Assembly (NCBI GenBank): GCA_951406725.2
Contig: OX597817.1
Coordinates: 90,892,001 to 90,956,000 of the forward strand
Length of the DNA stretch: 64,000 nt
Origin: Octopus vulgaris
Lineage: Eukaryota
Direction of reading: 5' to 3'
The stretch's first letter is position 1; every line of letters starts with the position of its first letter. Made by a program: the position numbers and the translations under genes. The notes below the pieces were generated by a model. It had not been told where the DNA came from. It did no database searches and saw nothing but the letters and a program-made list of their open reading frames with translations. This document shows, in pieces, positions 53,620 to 64,000 of this stretch.

Positions 53620-55670
53620 TATTGTTATTGTTAGTATCGTTAACACAGGCAAAATGCTTAGTGGCATTTCGCCCGTCTTTACATCCTGAGTTCAGTTTCC
53701 ATCAAGGTCAACTTTGCCTTTCACCCTTTCAGGGTTGATGAATTAAGTACCAGTGAAACACTGGGGTTGATGTAATCAACTAGTCCCCTCCAACAAAATT
53801 TCATATCTTGTGTCTTTAATAGAAAGGATTATTAGTATTCTATTTAAAGCAGTAGAAAGTTGGATAAAATGCCCTGCAGTATTTGTTTCAGATCTTTGCA
53901 TTCTGAATTCAAATCTTGTCAGGGTCAGCTTACTTCATCTTTTCAGGATAAGGGCATCCAGCTATAGAAACCATGCCAAATCTAACAATGATTGTTAGCA
54001 TACCGGACAAAATGCTTAGTGGCATTTCATCTGTCTTTATGTTTTGAGTTCAAATTCTTCTGAAGTCAAATTTGCCTTTCATCCTTTTGGGTCAATAAAA
54101 TAAGCACCGGGGATGTAATCAACTTACCCACTGTCCCAAAATTAGTGGCTTTGTGCCAAAATTTGAAATCAATATTATCATTGATTAATGAAATAATTAA
54201 TAACATTATTATTAATTAAAGACAGTGGTGTGATGGAATCAATAAATCAACAGATTATGTGCTATGCAGTATTTAGTTACCTTTCCTTAGCTATTGAGTT
54301 CAAATCTCAGGAACATTGACTTTGCTATTCATATCTATGGAGTCAATAAAATAAGTCCCCTCAACATAATTTAGGTGCAGGTATGGTTGTGTGGTAAAGA
54401 AGCTTGCTTCCTAATCATGTGGTTTTGGGTTCAATCCCACTGCACAGCACCTTGGGCAAATGTCTTCTATTATAGCCTCAAGTCAATCAAAGCCTCATGA
54501 ATGGATTTGGCAGCAGGAAACTGAAAGAAACCTATCATGTATATGTATACACACACACACATATATATATATATGTGTTTGTGTGTTTGTATTTGTTCTC
54601 CATCACTACCCCTTGACAACCAGTGTTGGTTTGTTTACATAGAAGGTTTGGCAAAAGAGCCAGATAGAATAAGTACTAGGCTTAAAAATAACTACTAGGG
54701 TTGATTTATCTGACTAAATGTGTCAAGGCGGTGCCCCAGCATGACTAGTCCAATGACTGAAACAATTAAAAGATTAAAGTTATGTTTCTGAGTCCGTGCA
54801 TCTTTATTGCTTATTATTCTTGCTAATTGATTGTTTATTAACAGGTTAATAGTAATGATGGTATTGATGATAATTATCTTTATTATTATTAAGCCTGTGA
54901 GCAGCATTTCTTCTAGTTCTTTATATTCAGAATTAAGATTCTCCTGTGATTGAATTTACCTTTATCCTTTTGTCTGTTGATAAAATAAATAGCAGCTGAG
55001 CACTGGGGTTGATGTAATCAACTTCTGCCTCTCTCAAAATTGCAGGCCTTCTACCAAAATTTGAAATTGTTATTATTATTATTAGGCCAGCAGGCTGACA
55101 GAATCCTAAGTACATCAGACAAAATGTTTAGCATCATTTTTTTTTAAATAGAGAGTTAGCTGGCAGAATTGTTATTGTGCCAGGCCAAACGCTTAGCGGC
55201 ATTTCATGTCTTTATGTTCTGAGTTCAAATTCTGCCAAGGTCAACTTTGCCTTTCATTCTTTCAGGATCAATAAAAGAAGAACCAGTTGAGCACTGGGGA
55301 TGATGTAATTGACTTACTCTGCCCCCCAAATTGCTGGCCTTGAGCCAAAAATTTGATACTATTATTATCATCATCATCATCATCATAATTAAACCAATGG
55401 GCTGAAAGAATTGTTTGCAAAAATGTTTAGCAGTATTTTATCATTTAGCTGGCAGAATTGTTAGCATGCCAGGCAAAATGCATAGCAATATTTTGTCTGT
55501 CTTTACATTCTGAGTTAAAATTCTACCAAGATCAACTTTACCTTTCATGCTTTTGTGGAGTCAATAAAGCAAGTACCAGTCAAGCACTGGGGTCAATGTA
55601 AATTGACTTGCCTCCATCACCACCCCAATTTCCAGTCCTTGTGGCTATAGTAGTAAGAATTATTATTATT
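53620..55670 (+). mobile_element. Cluster of about 9 head-to-tail SINE family B copies/fragments with one family A copy
   Basis: Repeated aaatgcttag..tgagttcaaat..ttgcctttcatc..actgggg blocks separated by (ATT)n. Confidence 0.8.
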
Positions 55671-57186
55671 ACTGACCCCAAATTTGTGGGTGAGATGGTC
55701 ATAGTCAACCTCAGTTTGTTTAGTGATGTGTCAAAGAAAATTTAAGACTCCATGAATGAAGTAGTTATAATAATTTCAGTTACTGTTTGAAAGGGTATGA
55801 TCACATTCCAAGTTTGGTGTAAATCTCTGGGTAAAATGTATGTGCTTGTTACCTGAACATGCATTGATACCATTGCCTCTACTTAGTCTACAACATATCT
55901 ACCACACAAGAACATTGTTCTCTCTTGTAATTCTACACATCACCAGCAATACATTGTTGACACAGCAGATCTACTCAGTCACACACTACACTTGAGCAGA
56001 AATTCAGCATGATAGAAATATCAGCCAAAATTCACTCCAATTACTCCAGTTACACAAGGGATGACAACCATACCCTGCATAGTAATAGTCTGCCCTTTGG
56101 CAAGGCATAGCACCCATCCAAACATCCTACTAGGGATACGGTGAAGTCATGGGACTGCGGCATGGCAGATTGTGAAGAGGTAGCTTAAAAGCTCAACTGA
56201 GCCAATGGTGCTTCTTATATTAATGCTGTGCAGAGGAATTCTAGAAGATCAATGGTCAGGATCTCCAACCTCTATCAAGAGAGTAACTGCAATGCATCTA
56301 TCGAGTTGGTGTCCCCTAATGAAAGATTATGACTCAAGCTCCCAATTCAAATCTATGAAAACTGAATTGGATGGCAACAGTTATGGGATCCAGGAAAACA
56401 GCACATTTTCATTTTAAAATAGATAGGAAATACTGAATAACATAGTCCAAGATATGCAATGTATGAAAACCAGATGGGGTGGTCTCAAATAGAACATCTT
56501 TGATTGTAGGTCTGTTTGATCAGGACTAATCTGGCATTAAACAACATCAACAAGAAAGTGTCTACAGAGATTTGTTTTGTTATTGCTTAGTATGAAGGGA
56601 AAAAGAATAGTGGTTTTAATCCTTTTTAGTGCCTCCAAGGCTGGTGAAGGGGAGGAAGGTATCTTCAAACCACAAACCTGGTCCAACCAGACAAGATTGT
56701 TAAGCTGGCTGACGGAGCAAGATTCCGACCATTTAGCTCATGGTGGGATTTGAATATAGAACACAAAGAATGGAACAAGTATGCAAGGCATCTCATCCTA
56801 TGGTCTAAGGATTCCATCAGTTCACTACTATTACAAGAAGGCTGACAGGTGAACTTGATCTCAGTGGGATTTGAATTTAGAATGCATCAAAGAATAAGAC
56901 ATCTTATGAGGATTGGCAATGAGAGAGAAAGAAAGAGAGAGAGAGAGAGAGAGTCACCTTCTCATGAGACATATTTATCATCACCATCATCATCAGTTTA
57001 AATCCACTTTTGCATGTTCAGATGGAATTTGGTTCTAGCAGATTTTCTTTAGCCAGATGCCCTTCTTGTCTCCAGGTAAGGTATGATTTCGCTATGCCTG
57101 GACATGATTCCACAAAAGAGTGAACAACCTTGGCATCATGATAACACTTGTTTTACAACTATCATGTGATGTCAAGGCAAGGGGGC

Positions 57187-57235
<49 letters not shown>

Positions 57236-57349
57236 CATACACATTATATTTATATGTATAGCATTTGACATTTTACTCAGGCATTACAAGACTAATAATC
57301 TGGTGTAAAACTCAGTATACATATGCTTCAGAACAAAGCATTAGTCAAG

Positions 57350-57585
57350 TATAAGAAAATAAGATGACAAATGAATAAATAATTATCTTATGAACTTCAT
57401 TAACTTACACCTGTTTCGGCTATAAGATGTAGTGGACTCATAGGTGAGTACTGGTGCACACCTTGTATTTTCATTATACCCTTGAATATGAAGTGAGTCC
57501 ACTGCATTTTATAACAGAAACAGCTGTAAGCTAATGAAGTTCATAAGACAATAGTTTATTTCTTTGTCATCTCATTTTCTTATTT
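57350..57585. mobile_element. Foldback of a Penelope-type pLTR end containing the 3' half of a hammerhead
   Basis: About 100-bp inverted arms (57351-57450 / 57494-57584). GAAACAGCTGTAAG on +, and gccGAAACAGGTGTAAG on -. Confidence 0.6.
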
Positions 57586-58561
57586 ATATATATATATATA
57601 TATATATGGTGGTGCTCCAGCATGACCGCAGCTGCATGGCTAAATGAATAAAAGAGTTATATATATATATGTACACACACAAACATATATATACATATAT
57701 ATATCAAGCTTCTCTTCTTTCAATTTCATTCTACCCAATCCATCCACAATGCTTTGGGCAGCTCAAGGCCACAGTAGATGATGCTTGTCCAAGCTACCAT
57801 GCAGTGGGGCTGAACCTGAAACCATGAGGTTTGATAGCAAACTTCTTATCATAGAGCCAAACTCATCTTCTGAAAACAGTTACTTTGTCTGCAAAAATGA
57901 TCAACTTATTAACAATAATTAATCTCAGCTATTTAGATAATACCGAGTAGATGTCATTAGATATCTCATAATTGAAGGTTAATGGGGTTAATATTAGGAG
58001 CAGGAACTGTCAACTATCACCTTGATATTGCTATCTTTTAAATCTATTCTATTGGCACAATGCCAATGAGGGAGTGTTTACATGCTTACTTAAACTGTGA
58101 GAAATAGTAGCCAAACTATCCCAACCACTTTTATCCTCCTTATAAAAAAATAATTAAAAAACGATATACTAGACAATGTAGACCTGAATATCACCAAAAG
58201 ATGGAATGTTCATGGTTGGACAGTCTTTTATTATAGGTGTACTTCATCAGATATGAGCTGGAGCTAAATAACAACTTCAATAGACCATCTTCAGCCTGGT
58301 TTACCCTGATATAGCGATCTTATCTCTTCCTACCATCTCCTCGCTTTGCATAATTATTCCACACATACATACACATATATACATATAAAAAGACTTATTT
58401 GCAGAAACAGTTTCTCACTTGCATACAGTGACAACTGTTTCACACACACATTCACACATTTTGAAACTATCATACAGAAATATATAGACTCTCATAAATG
58501 CAATAATTGTCTCATACATACAAACACGCGCGCGCATACGCACATGTGCGTATAGACAGAC

Positions 58562-58619
<58 letters not shown>

Positions 58620-59544
58620 GCAGACGGACAAATATTTGTATATTTATTACATATATTGACTCAAACTGTGACGAACTGTCCAATCATGCCATTACGGAAA
58701 GCGGATGTAAAATTATATATACATTCACATGCACACACATATCCGTGTATGTATGTGTGTGTGTGTGTGTGTGTATTGAAAGATAGACATGAAAATATAT
58801 AGAAGGGTAGACACAGATACAGAGATAGGCAGAAAGAAAAGAGTGAAGCTATCAAGTGGAAAGATGCAAGGGAAAGCAAGCAGGTGTGTGTATTAGTGTA
58901 TGCGTATGCATGTTCGCGCGCGCGAATACTTGTGTGTGTCTGCGTCTATCTGTAATGCAGAGTATGCTCGTGTTGTGCACGTATCAGCAGTCGTATGCAT
59001 GTGTCTTTGTGCGCGTACTTGTGGACACGTCTGCCTGATTGCACCGCAATAATTCACTGCGCGCGCATCAATGTACATAAATGTGTGTGTGTGTGTGTCA
59101 GAATGCACATGTATGCAGCTCTCATTATGTGACGTTCACACGTCTGAATGCTTGCACCCATCAGAGCGTATCTTACCCGTCTGTGTGTATATTTGTGCGC
59201 GTGTGCAATGTAATAGTCTGTCAGTTCATGTGGTGGTGGTATATGTAAATAGCATTACAGCCAGCACATTCTTACTCGCATGCACACATACAAGTGCACA
59301 AACAAACATGCGTACAGGTATGTAGGCATGCACACAAACACCCACTCACATATGTACGTAGCGCGTATAATAAAGAGAAGGAAAGAGAGTGAGAGAGAAG
59401 ACAGGCAAAATGAGGGTGAACGAAAAAGAACCAATAACTGAAACTGATTCTTTTTTTAATTCTTTTCCCGTTTGCTTACTTTCCCTACATCGAAAACGAC
59501 ATATACCACACACACAAAAACATTTCGGTGCAAGCGTGTGTAAT

Positions 59545-59643
<99 letters not shown>

Positions 59644-59749
59644 TGTGTGTGTGCGTATGATTTATTGTCAATAGCTTCGTGCCAAAACATTACAAAGTTT
59701 GACAAGTATGTTAAAACGAAACATTAGGCTCTTGAGTATCACCAGTACC

Positions 59750-59980
59750 ACTTTCAGCTGGCAGATAGATGTGTGTGTATGTGAACACACAGACAGACAA
59801 ACAGTAGCTGACAGCTGGAGCACATGTTCTCAAAGCTAAGCGTCGCAGGTGAGCTAAACACCACAGGTAAACGACATTGCTAAATGATTCGCACTGTTGT
59901 CATGGTAACTAAGCTAAGCATCACAGATTTAAACCCCACCCCAAAATGACCAGCCAATCAGGGAGTCTCTATATAATTGT
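59750..59980. promoter_or_regulatory. Candidate cis-regulatory module: E-boxes, RFX X-box, CCAAT, TATA-like
   Basis: CAGCTG 59755-59760 and 59812-59817; CAGGTG 59846-59851; GTTGTCATGGTAAC 59896-59909; AGCCAATCAG 59952-59961; TATATAA 59970-59976. Confidence 0.45.
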
Positions 59981-61705
59981 TTGGCTTACTAGAAATAGTA
60001 GCCAACTCTTATGCTGTGAGAGCTAGAAACTCTTTGATCGAAAGACTACCGGATTAGGGCAGTCCTGGGGCTAAGTAACAACAATAACACGCACGGCTTG
60101 GTAGAAATAGCAGTCAAATCACCATCTCAACAACTGTAGAAAATGTCACGTTGGATATGCAGTTGTGGATTCTTTGCGCATTGGAATAAAATACGGAGTG
60201 GCCACGGTTGGAATGCTTTTGATGATAACTAAATCTGCGTGGTCAGAGGTAACATGTGGTTTATAAAAAGCAAAAGGAAATACAAAAAATTTATCGAACA
60301 TGACAATAGCATGTTACGACGACAAGTACAGCGACATGTAGTGGTGGGGGGGTAGATGTAGGGAAATCGTGTCAACATGTGATTAATAAACGGGTGGATT
60401 CTGTTTGACAAAACACTGCTCTAAACACGGCGATTAAATCTAAAGAAATAGAGTAAACATGTGATGAGTGGAGGGGTGTGTGGAGGTGTAGATGTGCATG
60501 CGTGCATGAGCGTGTATTCTGATTAATTAAATACTGTTTTAAACACGATAGGTAGAGAAAGAGCGTAAAGGTGAGATGCGGCGTGACTACGGGCGGTGGT
60601 GGATGAAATGAGACACAATTTTGCTGCATTCCACAAAAGATGCTGTGAAACTGTGTCAATGACCAGGCCACCGTAGTGCGACGAAACTTTTTCACAATTC
60701 ATAATAAAGTCCTATTATGAAATGTGAAAAGAAGATTCAAGAATTTTTTTATATCTTTTCAAATGCGCGCGAGCAAGCGATTATGTGTGCGTGTATCAGT
60801 ACATACATATAAATGCACACTCACAAGTATGTGTGTGTACTTTCGTATACTCATAACTTAGATATCTACATAAAACAAAGGAATTAACAACTGTGTGTGT
60901 GTGTGTGTGTGTGTGTATACATACATACACAGACACACAATTGTGCACCATACATGTATACACTCTCACATTCAAATACACACACGTATAAACAATACCA
61001 CAGAGAACAGCAACAATCGATTCAAACAAACATGTTAACGCTGAGTATACCATTAATATTTTTTCATATATATATATAAACATTTGATTTAATCATCGAT
61101 AAAATAGATAATTATTCAAGTGTCACACAAGACAATAAATTGTGCAAATATATGTTGGTAAGAGAACTGTGTTGAATTCCTGGGAGACAGTTCCAGGTAA
61201 CTGTGTGGGTGTGTCACAACGAACAGAGCATGTGTCTGTGCGTGCGTCAGACACACATATATAACTACACGTCCACATCAGTTAATGTTATTCTAAGTTG
61301 AAAGGTAGACGAGAGTGCTTGATTTGAACTCACAACGTAAAGAACAGAATGATCAATAGAAGCATCTAATCTGTTGCTCTATCGCCTCTGCCAGTTCGCT
61401 GTGCTTTCAGGGACAAAAAAAATATTAGTGAAAGAGATCTATGATATTAAGAATATAGAATTAAAATTGTAAAAGGTAGCGAAACTTTCAGCGCGCGCGC
61501 ATGTGTAGGTGTATACGCACATGCAGAGAGAGGGGGAGAAAGAGAGAAAGAGACGGATAAAGAGATGAAATAGAGAAAGTCGTATACACATTTTATGGTT
61601 AAGTATGTGTGTGTGTTTGCGTGTGTAGACAGGTATGTATAAATGCTCAAACAGATTACACACACACACACACACATACTCTCACAGACAGGCAGACAGA
61701 CAGAC

Positions 61706-61782
<77 letters not shown>

Positions 61783-62162
61783 TGTATACATGCTCTCACA
61801 GATTATGTGTATGTGTGTGTGTGTGCATGGTGTATGTGCATGCATGTATCACATATGTGCATGATGCGTGGGTGTGCACGCATCATTCATATCACGACGT
61901 GTTTAGTGTGTGTGTGTGTATTGGCATACAAATGTTTTTTTTTTAATTTTGTCTAGACATAACATCTAAAGCCATGCTGGAGCACACTGTGTGTTATGTT
62001 AGTGTGTATGTATCTACACACGTTTATTACATGCTTCCGCACAGAATAGGTATGTGCATCTATGTGTGAACGATTTAGATATGCATGAGTGAATCCGAGT
62101 ATGTAAATATACATGTATATGTATGTGTGTGGAGCATGTAATCGTACATACACACAAATAAT

Positions 62163-62210
<48 letters not shown>

Positions 62211-62348
62211 AAAACGAAGAGGGAGAAGGTATAGAGACAGATACGAACAATAATAAAAAGAGAGGGGGAGGGAGAAATAGAATATTGGTGAGAGAAAGAG
62301 ATGGACGTGGTAGGTGATTAAAAAGTGGAATAAATGTTTTGGTCTTAC

Positions 62349-62560
62349 CGTTTGTCCATGGAGGCTACCCATCCGGACACCATAGTTTTGATGAGTCGGC
62401 GCTGTGAGTTTAAAGGATTGTGATGGGAGCTCTTGGTAATTATGGCAGTGGCTGGCACCGGCACTGGTGCTAGACCAGTGGAGGATAAACTGGATTTATT
62501 AACATTACCATGCATGTCATCCCTGGAAACAACGATCCACTTGGTCGCAACCGTTCGTTT
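62349..62560 (-). CDS. Candidate 212-nt exon of an unidentified host gene
   Basis: Long pyrimidine tract then tttgttaacag acceptor, and ACG|gtaaga donor. GC-richer unique sequence. One frame is fully open (KRTVATKWIVVSRDDMHGNVNKSSLSSTGLAPVPVPATAIITKSSHHNPLNSQRRLIKTMVSGWVASMDK(R)). A second frame gives MGSLHGQT from the ATG at 62372. Confidence 0.65.
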
Positions 62561-63229
62561 CTGTTAACAAACCGGAGGGGGGAAGACGGTGAGGAAGAGA
62601 GGAGAAAGAGAGAAAGATACACAAACAGAGAGAGGGGGAAGATAGAGAGAAGAAAAAACAGCAACAACAATCGTTGTACGTTGAATGTAGAAATACCCTC
62701 TTCTAGTTTGAATGTCTTTATGTAGTGGATATATATATGTATGTATGTAGTGTTATGTATGTGTGTTATCTAAATACGTTTCATATATTACACTATATTT
62801 TTTATATACTGTAATATATACATACATGTGTTTGCGTGTGTGTGATTTCCTAAACGTGTGAATATGTGTTTGTTTACATGTATGTATGTGTTTGTAAGTA
62901 TGTATGTATGTATGTGTGTGTGTGTTTGTATGCGTGTACGTATGTGTGAGGGTCAGTTTATATATATACATATGCAGACGACAGCGTGGTAAAATCCTAA
63001 GGGTTCCTTGAGCACCAAGCGGTAAAACATTTCCAAGCGTAATCACACAGATGATAAATAGCGGCCACTATGACGACGACAGTGGCGGCGGGTGTGATGA
63101 TGATGATGATGATGATGACGACGACGATGAGGGGGAGAAGTAACAGAAAGTGGAAGAAAAGACGATAAAAAAAAGCAGAAAAAGAGAACGAAGAGAGGAA
63201 ATTTAGTTACACTAAATACTAGCATTGGA

Positions 63230-63342
63230 GTAGTGATATATGTATATAATATGTATGTCTATTGGTATCAGTGTGGATGCATATATGCGTGTGTATGTAT
63301 ATGTATGCTTATGTGCGTGCATTTATATATATATATATATAT

Positions 63343-63373
<31 letters not shown>

Positions 63374-63424
63374 GTATATATATATATAAATATATATATA
63401 TGTATGTATATATATATATATATG

Positions 63425-63481
<57 letters not shown>

Positions 63482-63514
63482 GTATGTATATATATATATA
63501 TGTATGTATGTATA

Positions 63515-63547
<33 letters not shown>

Positions 63548-63708
63548 CTGTATTTATATGTATGTATGTATGCGTATCTATGTATATACATATATACATG
63601 TGAACATGTATATGTGTACGAGTGTGTATGTAGTGATACTTATTAAAATACAAGGGGTAGGACAGATCACAGATTATATATATATATATATATAGGGAGA
63701 GAGAGAAA

Positions 63709-63748
<40 letters not shown>

Positions 63749-63985
63749 CAAATACACACACACATATGTATACATGCATGTGTACATGTATGTGTATGTA
63801 GTAATATGTGTGTTAAAATACAGGTTAAAGGAAAAGATTATATGTATATTAAATGTGTGCGTGTACGTATACACATGTGTATTAATGTATATATATATAT
63901 ATATATATACAAATACACACATATATATACATACATACGTACATATATATACACACATACACACACACACATACATATCCATGTA
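63230..63985. repeat. (TA)n/(TATG)n/(GA)n/(CA)n low-complexity block. Also (GATA)n at 58555-58620 and 61687-61780, and (GA)n at 59548-59640
   Basis: Visible directly. Confidence 0.95.
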
Positions 63986-64000
63986 GAAAACAAATCATCT

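Overview
AT-rich, microsatellite-dense animal genomic DNA, not prokaryotic. The SINE, microsatellite and Penelope landscape suggests a mollusc, most likely an octopus (inference, no search run). No long host ORF is present. Almost all ORFs in the track are microsatellite translations or transposon remnants. Recognisable elements: two RTE-clade LINEs, R4/Dong-clade LINE fragments, several Penelope-like remnants with hammerhead-ribozyme motifs (core intact at 5683-5754), a full-length dead DD37D (maT) transposon, two large mariner derivatives plus a mariner MITE, a piggyBac-type MITE, Helitron-type elements and several SINE-like families. Three lines of evidence suggest the window is mostly intronic sequence of a minus-strand gene whose 5' end lies near 58-64 kb: (1) four small phase-compatible minus-strand exon candidates (62349-62560, 47708-47736, 15958-16018, 1793-1867); (2) a + strand bias of retroelement ORF remnants; (3) a switch from CpG-depleted to CpG-retaining DNA at about 58.3 kb, next to an X-box/CCAAT/TATA/E-box cluster. 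I cannot identify the gene, and I see no clearly novel multi-gene system.
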